From positions 2,542,001 through 2,606,000 of the forward strand of contig CP089280.1 of NCBI GenBank assembly GCA_023920165.1: a DNA stretch of 64,000 nt, given 5' to 3'. Source of the DNA: Curvularia clavata. Its lineage: Eukaryota. This document shows, in pieces, positions 1-13,010 of the stretch (its first letter is position 1; each line of letters begins with the position of its first letter). Position numbers and translations under genes: made by a program. Below the pieces are notes generated by a model. It saw nothing but the letters and a program-made list of their open reading frames with translations, had not been told where the DNA came from and searched no databases.

Positions 1-823
1 GAAGAAGATACCGCAAAGATGACAATTCAATGCGACGAAGCAGGGACAGAATTAGTTCTCAGAACACTACGTATCTATGAATTCCCACTGCCCAAGGTGT
101 CAAAGTCCAACCGTTGTGAATCAGTGATATTCATTCAATCCAAGATACCAGATCTGGGTGATACCAAATGTATTGAATGTTGTCATAAGGTCTGTCGAGT
201 TAGGTTCCTGGCAGGGTCTACGCTTCATTACAATCACGTGATATTACAAGCCAAACTCACGATTTCTACAATGCATGGCATCGTCCACTGAGCCAATACT
301 GGATGAACATTTCTTCGCACGAGTTATGACAGAATGTTTCCCATAGCCAGCTGATCTGATCGGGTATAGCTACAGTATGCATGTCAGGAGAACGAGACGT
401 CCGAGTCAACGCGGCCACTCTTTGCATCTTGTCCGTTCACTTGCCGACTAGCAAAAAATCCTCCCTTTGAGCATCTGGCTTGTGCCATGGCTTCTAAGAG
501 TCATTATGAACTTGCGTCACAGTTTTTATTCCATGAATTACTGAAGTTAGCCAGCTTCAGCTGGCGTTCGGTAACTGCGATTCCGTATTCCTAGCCAACA
601 AAAAAGAAAGGACATGTAGATTCGAATACCTCGATGTTGAGAGAAGGCCAGGGATAGATTTGGAAGATCAACTGTCTCTCAAATGCGATAGAACCACAAG
701 TGGATTATCGGTTATATGGCAGGGTGATCGAACCGTTACGGAGCGGTCCAAGTGCAGAGGGAATGACTTATTTAACGGGACGAACTGAACAGGACCGTTT
801 CCATCATCCTCTGAAGAGCCTCT

Positions 824-2821
824 TCAAGCATCGGCTTTCTTTTTGTTCGTGTTGTCCCATTTCGTGGCCAAGCTAGTGATTGCAGTGATGCCACAGGACA
901 CGATACTAATTATGAAGGCAACCTTTATACCCCAGGCGTACGCACGGATGACGCCATCCAGCTCGGCTCCATGGAAAACCTTGCGCAGGGCTGTAGCACC
1001 CGTGGATATGACTTGAGAGTGATCGACATTAGGTGCGGTACTGTGAAGCTTACGCAAGAGCTGGTTATCGAAGCCGGACTGTGCGGCTGCGATCATGAAT
1101 GTGGAACCTATAGATCGAGCGACTGTTCGCGAGAGACACAGTTAGCTTCCGAATATAAGAGGACAAAGAGAAGCGATGAAATTCCCAAGAGATTAGCAGA
1201 AGACCACTTACAAATGATGATAGCGGTCACAGGAGCGATATCGGTTGGCGCGGCGAAAGCCTGCGCAATGATGAGCGGGATCTGGAGGCCCATGCCGTAG
1301 CCAAAGCCCGCCAACATCTGGTATCCAACCCACTTACCTGTCGATGTTCCGATATCAAGGGTGTACAATAGACCGGCGGAGATGGTCACAACCACAGAGC
1401 TGGCCAGGAGAAATGGGGCGGCGATACCCGTCTTCGAGATGGCTTTGCCAGAGGCAAACGTGGAAATGCTGAACAAGGCGATGAGAGGAATGTTGCGCAC
1501 GCCAGAGCTAATCGCACTACGGTTGTCGACGCTTTGGAAATAGATGGGCAGGTAGTAGAGCGTGATGAAGTACGCACCGGCAAAGAAGAACCCCCATAAA
1601 GAGTTGACCCAGACGGTTCTTTGTCGCATCAGACGTGGTGTCAGCATGGCGCGCTCACCTTGCCATATTTCCACGATGATGAGTGCAATGACCATGAGAC
1701 CGAAGCCGACGAGTAAGCCGATCACGACACTAGACTTCCAGGGATGAGTTACCCCACCGTACTGGAGAGCTAGAAGCAAGCAGAGGGATGCGCCCATCAC
1801 AAGTGCAGTCCCTGGGAAGTCCATTTGTAGAATCTTCTCCCTGTGTGTAGCTTGTACTCGCAGAGCGGTTGAAGGAGTCTTGAAGGTGATCAAAATGACC
1901 GCTGCCACCAGACCACCAATTGGAAGGTTGATAAAAAAGCACCTAAATTTGACAAAGGTTTAGCTCTTGTCATGACTAATATCGGGGTGAAAACAGTCAT
2001 ATGTTTTGCAACAAAGACAAAGGGTGAAAGCGCTTTTACTCACCATCTCCAAGATACCCCGTCCGTAAGCCCTCCACCAATTATTGGCCCAGCGACAGCG
2101 GCAATTCCATATGTCATTCCAATAAGCCCGGTGTAGGTGGCCCTTTTCGCAGGCTCGGAAGAGAAGGCCGAAATAGTGTAAGCTCCAGGCGCTACACCCG
2201 AGGCACCGAGACCAGCGAAGGCACGTCCAACGATGACAGTCGTCGAGTTCTGGGCGACGGCGCTGATCAAACTCCCAATTTCGAACACAAGTATCGCGAC
2301 CAAGAAGCTGGTTTTCAGGGGGAAGAATTTGAATACTTTGCCCCATTGTGATTGGAACGCTCCGAGTGTCAGAAAATACGCCGAACCGTACCATGAGATG
2401 TCTTGGATTCTGCCGAAGCGGTCTGTGATTTTTGGAATGGCGGTTGCAACGATGGTCTGTATTGAGAATGTTAGCGTACTGGCATTGAAAATCTGCACGA
2501 GGGACGTATAGTGGCAGAAGTTACCTGATCCAAAGCACAGAGGGCAATACTGAGCAAGAGCGCGAGCATGGTGAAGAACATCTGAAGACCCTTTGGATAT
2601 TCAACAGCTTTTGCTGGCTCCTCTGCAGCTTTCTCCTTAGTAGCTGAGCTATCGTCTTCAAGAGATTCCATCTTGTCACTGCCATTAGCGGTCGAGGACG
2701 CTATAGTGGATGGTCCGTTGGAATCAAAAGCTTGCTTCTCCATGGCAGGCTCGGCCTGAGACGATTTCTCTCCGAATTCGTTGAGCTTTGGCAATCGTAG
2801 TGGGTTTGTTGATTCAGTCAT
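824..2821 (-). CDS. MFS drug/toxin efflux pump, DHA14 (14-TM) family; 4 exons (~2821-2525, 2456-2044, 1942-1212, 1122-824)
   Basis: Motifs [63 protein letters not shown] and [14 protein letters not shown] introns with CTAAC-like branch points join the ORF pieces in frame. Confidence 0.92.
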
Positions 2822-3104
2822 GTATGGTTGCCGTATGGCTCGACTTTTCCGACTTGCTGTGGGACTCTGCAAGATCTCGATATCCAACTCCAAAGTGAAC
2901 GGTGCGCGATGACCTTATATAGATAGGCTGAAGTACAGAGATTGAACCAAGGGATGTGATCTAATTTGCCAAGGCTACATCGACACGTGATGTAGAGGCA
3001 ATGGTCGGGCATAGTGTTCAGAAGAAAACATTCAAGCAGGTGCATGCCAACTCTCCTTAGTCTGTAGCTCTTGGCGTTCGTTTTCCATTCTGTACCCTGT
3101 AAAC

Positions 3105-3156
3105 CCGTTAATTCCGTTAAGTCTGTGAGCCCGTTAAGTCCGTTCTCCCGCGTTAA
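3105..3156. promoter_or_regulatory. Cluster of CCGTTAA repeats in the divergent MFS / C6-TF intergenic region
   Basis: CCGTTAA at 3105, 3114 and 3131, plus CCGTT at 3140 and CGCGTTAA at 3149, about 290 bp upstream of the MFS start. Confidence 0.45.
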
Positions 3157-4229
3157 TCCCGCTTTTACCCAAAGGTATTGCCGCCAATCTCATCTACAAG
3201 AACGAGCCCACGCTGGCTTTCGAGGTGCTCATACTGGAACCGCATGTTTCTTGCCAATCATGCATAACTATTCCCATTAATTATACGCCAACCTACTGAG
3301 CGGATCACCCGGAGGCCAAGAAGATGTTGACAGTGTAGGTTTGCTGGGCATAATCGACACAAGTAGGGCAGCCCATGTTCTCGGTGTACATAATGTGTAT
3401 GTGGCTACATTAGGCCTCGTGTGTCAAGTTTTGCTTGTCCCCTAGGTGAAATACGAGCCCCCACAGGGCAAGTACTCCCGACGCCAATACATAGCAAGAT
3501 ACCCTTGGCCTACTGATAAGCACTCGCTAGCCAACTGACAAGCTTCTTCGATGTCGAGGCTTCCCTCTCCCACCCACGTTAGGTCAACCACGAAAGTTAC
3601 TACACTACCTACAAAAGGAAGAATATGGCCTTAGAGATTCACGGCTTTATGTCGCATACTGGATGCTGTTATATCTCCTATCCTGTTCCCAGCCTAAATT
3701 TGCAGGCTGAGGGGACGATCGGGGATGGGTGGTAAGGGAGGATAGGATCGAATTGCGTAATGGTGGTCACAGCCTCATCTATAAACTGAACTACGTCGAG
3801 CCCTCTCGTAGTTGGAGCACTGTCATGCCACTCGCTGCAAAGTTGCGCACGAATAACACAATTTTGGGAAGCGAATACGGGGTAATCTCTTAATAATCGT
3901 AGTTGCTTTGCACCGGTTCCTTGTATAAGTGGATAATCATACATACGGAAGGTGAAACTAAGGGCCGGCTCAGGTAGACTACCGAGTCGTGAAAGTAGCG
4001 TGGGAGGTGATACCGCATGAGGACAGGACCAGCAGATAAGTCACACGGGCCGAATCGTAGCGGGGAAATTTAGCTGGCTTTTGTCCCATCGTGATTATTG
4101 AGCGATACCAAAGTAGGCTAGCTCGGTATCAGCAGTCCTCAGTGTCTTCCACTCCGGAGTCAAGTTTGTTTATGAATGGACAATATCCTTAATCGTATCG
4201 TTATGAACGAATAGTTATCCCTCATCCGT

Positions 4230-5401
4230 ATGCTTTCCAATAGTAAAATGTATTTTCAAAGATACTCCTGCGATCGCTGCCGCTAGCAAAAGGTTCGATG
4301 CCTCAAGAACTGGAAATTATCGACGGCCATTGGTGGTGACGGCTATCATCTCACCCCATGCGAACGATGTACAAAGGTGGATGTGAAATGTGTGTACATC
4401 TGTGTGTCTTGTTTCTGCCTTGCACATTGTGTATCTTTTTTGCATGGACTAATCAGTGTTTTGCGTTAATGACAGTGAGGCAGAGACAGAGACGATCAAA
4501 GGGGAAGACACCACATTGATACCTAAAGGAAACACACATCTCGGCCAAAACTTTTCCAGGGTGCCCCCAAGCAAGGACATTGCAGGTTTTGACCTTAACA
4601 ATCGGATGATGCCGTCACTCGACACGACCATGGCCTGCATCGACAACGGAGACGCATACAGTTGGACTAACGGATCCAGCCCAACGCTTTGTCGGGACGA
4701 AATCAAAGAGGCACTGTCTAGGCAGCTGATCAGATTGAGCAATCGATCCATAGGCACGGCACGAGAAATTGAGAGCGCAGTGATAATTACACCTTTAACA
4801 GTCAATTCTCCTGTGATAGAAAAACAATTTGAGATCGCGAATGCTTTGGTGTGCGTTATCAACAAAAGTTCCTCCGGCAGACAGTACATGTGGTTCCTCG
4901 CAGCTTTTGACCCGCCAATGACATGTGCTTACCGAACACAGCCTAATTTTCCAGGCTCTTGTCACTCTTGCACATGTCCTTGCTCTGTTCCGCGCCATTT
5001 ACGACATTATCAAGAGGTCGTTGGAGTTCCCTTTCAAGGAAACCGAGCCGCAGCAGCCATCTTTACACGGCGCTGGCTCTTCTTCTGCACGATTCGTCAT
5101 GGTTCCACAGCTCATCATGCACCTAGTCAACCGCATAGGCCGCAGCCTCCGTATAGGAAATCGAAGGATAAAGGAACAATCCGTGCAGACGTTGCAGACG
5201 CCTCTGACCGAAGGTGGTGAAGAAAGTAGCGGCCTACAAGGTATCGTCGATTCTGCTTAGGTTGTTCTAAGAACGCTCCCTGATGAGCATATCAAGCTTA
5301 ACGAGGACATTCAAGGGCTTCAAGTGTGCATAGAGGAGAGGGTGCATATCTGGACTACACATAAATTGAGTACGTACAAGTCACGAACATCTCGCACGTA
5401 G
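4230..5401 (+). pseudogene. Zn(II)2Cys6 pathway-specific transcription factor, nonsense-inactivated
   Basis: ATG 4230 reads MLSNSKMYFQRYSCDRCR*QKVRC...PCERCTKVDVKC, with TAG at 4284-4286 inside the zinc cluster. Downstream exons match ORFs 4456-4880 and 4925-5260. A second TAG at 5258-5260 is followed by an open frame to 5401, so the 3' end is uncertain. Confidence 0.8.
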
Positions 5402-7040
5402 AGTCGAAAGTTGCAATCGCCAAGAATTCTGGGGACCTCGTTGCGGGGAACAGAGGCCCTGCATAAGCCCCTAATAGCCAGGATGTAAAGTCTGGGCTGA
5501 GCTGCAGGAGGCTCCGTATGTATACCTGTCTGCCTCTCTACTGTTAACAAGCTTTGCACGCCTAATTGCCGGGTGTCATCACTTTGAAGCTTAAACGTCG
5601 CTTTGTTGACGCTTCGATAGCATGTCTTTTGCGCATGTGTATAGCGCTTGCTACATATAATTAGATAGGACAGACATACTAGCCCTGGAGCCAAGGCACA
5701 TGGTGACAACTAGGCCTCTACAAGTACTAGATGCACTCTCGAGCATCAGACAGCTGTATTGGCTGGAGAGCTGCCCTGGAAATACCACGAGAAATCTATT
5801 CGATAGCCAATCGTTTGCAAGGCTACGTAAGCAGCGGATTGTCAAAATGCTAAGACATGTGCGAAACATGGCAAAGGGTCATGGAATTGCACTGTTCATT
5901 CGTTGTACTAGACCCTTATCTATGGCCTATTACCTACATCGTGCGGCAAGGCCTATCATGCCTTTTTGATATAGCCACACTCTCGTATCAGGATGCTACG
6001 CTGGGCAATGTAAAAGAAGCGTCCTATTATGCCCCGAGGATAGTCCTATTCTCGAGAGCTAATGATATCGGATCGGGTGGAAATCCGAGATTACTCGCAT
6101 GATGGGTCTGCACACAACCTCATGAGAAATACACCGAGAACCACGAAACAGCCTGCTCCTCTGCACGCTCGGCAGCTACCTTTTTTTTTCATCGTATGGA
6201 TGGGTCCGAGTTGCAAAGCCATGCTTAGCACCAGGAACAAGCTGGACTTCGCGCTGAGCATCCTTCTGCCGTACCGCCGCTGGTGGAAACAAGGATAGTT
6301 TCCATTGTTTACCCCCAGCCATTCCAAACAATTAGGTACGAAGTCATACCATAGAACACTGCAAGTTTAGAAGCACACCTTTTAACGAATCAATGCACAG
6401 TTTGCTTGAGCTAGCAATGGCGTTTTATTTTAGTGGCAAAGTTTTGGCAATAGAGAGTTCTTTCTCTAGGTATCTCTAGTCCGTGTGGGGGACGCGACTG
6501 AAGCATTTATGTTTGAGGTGTGTATTTATACATGTTTGTGCCAAACGTGGTATATGTTGCTTTTGTTCTGGGAGAGAGCTGGGTGTTGGTTAAATGAGTC
6601 ATGAACCACAGGGACTCCTTGATAGGGAGTCTTGCCAGGGCATCAGAAACTCCTGGGGTAGGAATCCTTTGGCCTTTGCGAAAGGTAGCTAGCCATCGTT
6701 GTGTTTCGATCGGCTTGAGTCATTCAACATTTCCTGTACGAAAAGATTATCCAGCTGTTTTCCCCTGTAGGAGTTGCCAATCGCCCGTCAGCCCTCAGTA
6801 CCTGGGATTCATGGATGATTTAGATAACACAAGCCAACTATGTAGTGCAGATCGATAATTCATGGGGTTAGCGAAGGATCCTGACTATTATACGGGACGC
6901 ATCCTTTGCCACATGCCACGCCGCATCCCATGCCGCATCCCACGACAGTGTATTCGATGATGATCTCAATTTAGTGCGCTCGAAGGATCTAGAGTTCGTC
7001 CAACGCTTTGCGAACTTTTGCAACGCCAGTAGTCAACACC

Positions 7041-8305
7041 ATGGGATTGTGGGACGTGGAAGACTATGGCACCATTGCTGATAGAGCTTGCTGGTCTATG
7101 TTCGCAGTCACGGTTTGTGAGTAGCCCTTCTATATTGCGTCGAATGGTAGCTGACTGCCTTGTAGTCTTTGTGGCGTTGAGAGTCGGCGCTCGCATACTC
7201 AGCAAAGGCGGTGGCCTTGGAATGGACGACTATATCACCGTATTCTGCGTCGTTGTGATGCTCGTCACCTGCGTCCTGATCACAATCGGCACCCAGTACG
7301 GTCTTGGACGAAGAATGGAGGCCATCGATCCCCCATCGATACCGCGAGCTCTCAAGTGGAATGTAATCATCAGTTCGGTACTGATATGGACGTTTTCGCT
7401 ACCCAAGTTCGCTATCATCGCTATTCTCAAGCGCATTCTAGACTACGGCCTCAAGACGACGATACTATTCTGGGGTCTCGCGCTCAGCTCCCAGGCCTTT
7501 ATATTGGTTACCTCGGTCTGGTGGTACAAGCAATGTGATCCGGTCGAATTCGGCTGGAACAGAACCATACCAGGCGGAAAATGTCCCAGTACCAAGGTCA
7601 TGTCAGATTTGGGCTATTTCACTTCGGCCTACTCTGCCTTCCCAGATATATTCTTTGCTGTGTACCCGATTCCATTCATTATGCGCCTCAACATGCCACC
7701 CAAGAACCGCATCCTGGTCTCGATCGCGCTGGGCCTTAGTATCTTGGCCTTCATCCTCACCATCTACAAACTCACAATCTTTAGGGAAATCTTTGTAGTA
7801 CTGGCTGAGAACCCGACTTGTGATTTATCCGCCCCACACATTTCTCAGGACATAACTAACTTTGTTAGACCCGGTCCCGCTTCTCGATATACTCGGTCTA
7901 GGAGAGGGTTGTATTCTCGTGGTATGCTCATCTTTGCCCACACTGGGCCCGCTATTCCGCTTGGCCAGAAGCGAAGTTCAGACTCTCAGTGGCAGTAAGA
8001 CCACCAGCCAGGGATGACGCAGCAGCACCACCCACCGAGGGCTATCCAGCACCAGCGGAGGATGGGATGAACTTCAAGGGCATCAGTTGGATGACGAGGA
8101 GAGGACATCGAGCCACACAGGTGAAAGCATCGATGACATCCCGCTCGTTTACCACGGCGCGGACCAGATCCATAAGACACTTGAATTTAAGCTAACCATG
8201 AGCGCAAAGGGAGACCGACGGGCAAAGCCAATTGACGATCGTGACACGTGGCTTGATGTCAGTGTGGGGGCCAGTACTTCCTCTAGACATCTACGCGCAC
8301 GATAG
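7041..8305 (+). CDS. Pth11-like / fungal rhodopsin-domain integral membrane protein; C-terminal tail truncated by TGA at 8015-8017
   Basis: MGLWDVEDYGTIADRACWSMFAVTV|FFVALR...GLGMDDY...YGLGR...LPKFAI...QCDPV..W..C...D..FAVYP...|..GEGCILVVCSSLPTLGPLF; two introns. After the TGA the same frame continues to 8305 (..SIDDIPLV..). Confidence 0.82.
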
Positions 8306-9078
8306 GGCAGCAGCATCGTGGGGATGTTCTGACTGGGCAAGCTTCGGTGTTGTTGAAATCAAGTTCTTGAGGTAATGTTGTCAAGGTGAGGAACTGTGAA
8401 AGAGGGCGACTTGAGCGGGAACCAAAAGGAACGTTGAATTTCATATCCGCACAGAAAGTCTCACTTTCTCTTGATGAAAATGTTATTCAAGTCTTCAATA
8501 CAGTCTATTCGGCAATACCAAAGTTCAACTGTTACAATAGGTACCAACGGGTAGGTCCGGTCAAGCTCGCTGGCATGAGTCCGAGTGGCTGCATACCAAG
8601 CACGACATGCCCAAAATGGCGTGAGAAGTGAGTGGGGCCCAACAGGTGGGTCTTCCCCTGAGATACCCTTGCTCACTCAAATCTCGGATACCGTGTCCTC
8701 AACTGATCAGTGCTAAACAGTTCAACCTGCATGGCATTAAATCCCACGGCTTTTTCGATGTAATTCGGGACTAATTACTCAACCGAGTAGCCGCGTGACC
8801 AAATGATACCGTAGAAGTTTGGCCATATCGGTTACACAGGGTCGTTGAGGACAAATGACGTACTAGGAATAATGCGTGTAAGAAGGATGGATCTTAGTAC
8901 GCGCTTACCTGTTACAAGAAATTTACTAACCACTATAATATTGGAAATTCTCTAGTCAACCGGTAGATGTGGCCAGAAGTTTACGGTGGATAAGAACATC
9001 TCCCTTTATCAAATAGTAGACCGCGTGTCGTTTCCATTATTCCTGTATCTTTCCCAAAAGCTAATCGCCATTTCCAAC

Positions 9079-10313
9079 ATGGCATCAGCAGACCAACTTA
9101 TTCAAACCCTGGATGGCCTCGACGTGAACTCTTTCGTTAACGAAGCAGAGCGTGTCCGTGCCATGGACGCGCTGACCCTGGCCTTGAACAAATTACATAA
9201 GCCGTGGGACATTGTTTGGCAGCACTGTTGGGTCAACCCAGCCACTAATGCGTGCGTCAAGACGTTGATTGACGCGGGTGTCTTCAGCAAATGGATCGAG
9301 ACTGGAGGCGGAGAGAAGACTTGCGCGGAACTGGCCGAGTTAACTGGTGCCGATATAGTGCTTGTTCGTAGGTTACATATCTGCTCTGCTTAATTTATGA
9401 TGAGCATTCTGACATCAAGGCAGGACGCATGATTCGGCAAATTTCTGGGCAGAATCTTGCCATCGAGATTGCCGAGGACACCTATAAGCCTACACCGTGG
9501 GTACGCGCTATCGCTGAGGATCAGGCCCTCGCCAACGTCTATGGTGAATTTTATGGCTTCGTCAATTCCCCCATGTTCAGGACTTTGCCAGCCTACCTCA
9601 AGAAGACGGGTTACAAGGCCCCTACTAACCCCAACGACTGCAACTGGCAGTTCATGAGAGGCTCAAATGAAAATCTGTTCCAGTCCCTTAGCGCGAACCC
9701 TGTCGCCGCAAGGGAATTCAATGATGCCATGGAGAGTCACTCCAAGCATAACTTGACGCCCTGGGTAGATGTTTACCCAACCGAGACTCTTGTGAAAGAG
9801 TCCAAGCCTGGCCGGCCCCTAGTCGTCGATGTCGGCGGTAGCAAGGGCCACGACCTGATCAAATTCCATCTTCGTCACCCTGATATCCCTGAGGGCAGTC
9901 TGGTGCTCCAAGACCTGCCCGATATTCTCAAGGAATTGGTTATTGATGATGCCATCTCCATTCACCCTCATGATTTTTTTGAACCACAGCCCGTGAAAGG
10001 TGCCCGTGTCTACTTCATGCACAACGTGCTGCACGACTGGGAAGACACACAGGGGAAGCAGATCCTTTCTCACCTTGCTGAAGCTATGGAACCCGGATAC
10101 TCGAAGCTTCTCATTCACGAAAGCTTGATTAGCTCTGTGAAGCCGCTTGCTCGTGTGACAACGTCCGATATCACCATGATGGCGTGCCTTGGTGCGAAGG
10201 AGAGGACGGAGGCTGAGTGGCGGGCGTTGGTGGAGAGTGCAGGATTGAAGGTGCTTAACATCTGGAGGCCACCTCACTCTGTGGAAAGTGTTATTGAGGC
10301 AGAACTAGCATGA
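9079..10313 (+). CDS. SAM-dependent O-methyltransferase (Methyltransf_2 family, secondary-metabolite type); 1 intron ~9368-9423
   Basis: VVDVGGSKGHD SAM motif, LQDLP, HDFFEPQPVKGARVYFMHNVLHDW and KERTEAEW. Confidence 0.95.
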
Positions 10314-10776
10314 ATTCCAGAACGTTCTGTTATACAAAGCAGGTAGCAATTGTTTTATTCGCACATGGCATAAATAAAGTAGCATAGGTAACAAAATATA
10401 GAAACATGTATCACATGATGGGAACAATATTACAACAAACACGTTTATTACACTATCCCAGGACCTTCACTGGGCACAGCCCTCTGTGCAGATTTAGGTT
10501 AGTGAATGTATATTCATTCGTCTATCCCAGGGCTCTATCTCAGGGCATGAGATATGTGAACAATATCAGTGTACCTTCAATTGGAGGGCCAATAGCTCAG
10601 CCTTGTGCCAGCTTGACTTTGGTTATATGAGCTGGGATCGTCACGGTGAGATTGCAGATCGCTATATAAGAATTTAGCTTGAGAATAGAATATCACATGA
10701 TATAGTAGTTCTACGAAAAGATAATATCAAGTCCGTAGCAGTGTTATTCATAGTCTGACAATCTGTCTCAGAATCC

Positions 10777-11688
10777 TTATACTCTTTCAGCTTCGCCTTT
10801 CCTCACTCTTTCAACTTCGCTTTCATCACTCTCAGTAGCTCTAGCACTTAGCTGATGAACGCTTGTTTCATTCCTGACAGCATGATTCTTCCAATGAAAC
10901 CACATCATAGCCATAATGCAAGCAAACATAACCACTGCAGTCGAAATTCCCATACTTACTTTTGCCGTCTTGACTGTAACCGTCTCATTCATCTTTTGAA
11001 TTGACCATGGATAGCATTCCGACTTGACAACGATGAAAATACCAAGTCCAACGTATAGGAAGGGTATGAAAGTACACGCCCATCGTTCAGCTACACGTAG
11101 GATGTGTTTTTGCTTCATGATAAGCCATGCGATAAGGATCCATACACCAAGCAGGATGTAATAAATGACCACATAGATAGCGATCTCAGCGCCTTTTGCC
11201 TGCGAAAACAATGGGATATATGTTCCAATATTATCACCACCATTCATGATCGAAACCATGGCGACGCTGGATATGCTTTTCAGCCCGATTTTCCTAAACC
11301 TCGTCCACCATCCTTTTCTTTCTAGTTCTGTTGTATCCTCCTCTAGCTGCCTTGCTTCCTCTATATTCCTGACTTCTCTGTTTCCATCTGGACTCTCTTT
11401 ATAAACTGGGAAGACCAGATGAAGGCCCTTCCACACACCTAGTAAGATCGGCAATAAGCCCAAGAAACCAATAGGCTCAGCTGGTAGCACAAATGCAACG
11501 CCAAACCCAATCATGCTTATAGTTATGATAGCACTGAACCCTAGGTATTGGCCTATGGTAATTTGCAAGGGGGTTATTGATTGGTTTGTAGTGGCTTCAG
11601 CGAAGAATGTGACCAGTACAAAAATATCGTCGATATTAGTTATCGCGAAGGTACTGCATGCTGTACCAATAGTCTTTCCAAAATTCAT
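10777..11688 (-). CDS. CadD-family (cadmium resistance transporter, LysE superfamily) membrane protein, intronless
   Basis: FAITNIDDIFVLVTFF, IGQYLGF, LGLLPILLG and NGGDNIGTYIPLF signature motifs; 303 aa uninterrupted ORF. Confidence 0.85.
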   Translation of the reverse strand: MNFGKTIGTACSTFAITNIDDIFVLVTFFAEATTNQSITPLQITIGQYLGFSAIITISMIGFGVAFVLPAEPIGFLGLLPILLGVWKGLHLVFPVYKESPDGNREVRNIEEARQLEEDTTELERKGWWTRFRKIGLKSISSVAMVSIMNGGDNIGTYIPLFSQAKGAEIAIYVVIYYILLGVWILIAWLIMKQKHILRVAERWACTFIPFLYVGLGIFIVVKSECYPWSIQKMNETVTVKTAKVSMGISTAVVMFACIMAMMWFHWKNHAVRNETSVHQLSARATESDESEVERVRKGEAERV

Positions 11689-12608
11689 TCTAGATGGGAA
11701 GGAGTTGCAGTAGCTAGATTTCGAGGTCGTGATCCAACGAGGTAGGTCTTTTTCACTGACTGTACTGGCGTGTGCAATGTGTAAGACTTTTCTGGACGTG
11801 GCGTGGGAGGAAATTGTCTATTAACCAGAGCGACAAAAGCTAGAGTGAGTGAAAGCTGTTGAAGAGGCAAAAATTGCAAGTGGGTCTTGTCAAGCTTGGC
11901 GACTGCACAAAGCATTGACCATTTTGGCGATAGCCTGGAAGGACCAGGGTATCCAGATTCAAATTGTCACACGCGGATCTGCTAGATTAATTAGACATCT
12001 CTATTGCCTGCCTGTTCTCACGACACAGCAGGAGAATCTTGCAGTATAAATTCAAGCTGTCCTTGCGTCCAACCTCTCAAGGACTTAGTGGCATGTAGGT
12101 TGTAGATGAAAATGCTGTGGCGGGGTGTGGACGCAATGGAATATCGTGGCAAGAGACGTGATCGAGCTCAAATAAATCAAGGGGCAACCGGTAATTACGT
12201 GATTGAAAGGCAATCGGTGTTGATCAATTGAGTGAAGAGAGTACTAATCTACTCTAAGTAAACCTGATATATCCCGAAAGTCTAGTCAAGTGCTACTACT
12301 GCGCCGCAATCACGTCACTAACAATGGTTGTTTCTGCAAGATTGCGGCCCTAAGTTAAGGTTTTAGAAAACCTGCCGCAAGCAGATAGTTAGGCATTACA
12401 TGAGAGAATTACCATAAGGAATAGCCTAGTGACGCCGCAGCGCGCTACGAAGTGACAATTCACTGCGATATCCCCTCTCCCACTCCCTCCACTATATCAC
12501 TACATTACTGAACAACACCCTGAACTGATAGATGTAAAACCCCTTCTGATGAACCTCAACGTCCCGTCTCATCCCACTTATCCATCTACAAGCCACAAAT
12601 CACATAGT

Positions 12609-13010
12609 ATGGCTCGATCCCACACACTATCACAGGCCTCATTTTGTCTAGTTCTCTCTATCCCTTTGACATGGCTTACCTCGTCGTGCATTGCACATGA
12701 TCGCACATGTACATTGTATCTATGGTTGCAGCAGTTGCTGCGTGGCTCCCGGCGATAAAGATGGGCATAAAGCCTCTCTTCGCATTTCCGTACTTCTACC
12801 ATAGGCGTAATGGACTGAGGCACTTGACGTGGCATGCTGGTGTTGTGCTTAAGAGTAGGCAGGTTATTATAGCGGGCTGGGTAGTCCTTGGGATGACTGT
12901 TATGGCGTCGCTTTACTACATTTTCATGGGATAGACAGGTAGGACTGGGAGAAGGGATATGGAAATTTTGGCTCAGGCAGAGAAATTTGAAGCCGATGAG
13001 AAAAGAGAGT
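12609..13010 (+). pseudogene. Possible degraded small membrane protein
   Basis: Hydrophobic segments continue across overlapping ORFs 12549-12758, 12707-12934 and 12959 onward, through a frameshift and a TAG; no family recognised. Confidence 0.3.

Noticed and set aside
6919..6941. GCCGCATCCCA tandem duplication upstream of the Pth11-like gene
   Set aside because: Only two copies; consistent with simple slippage.
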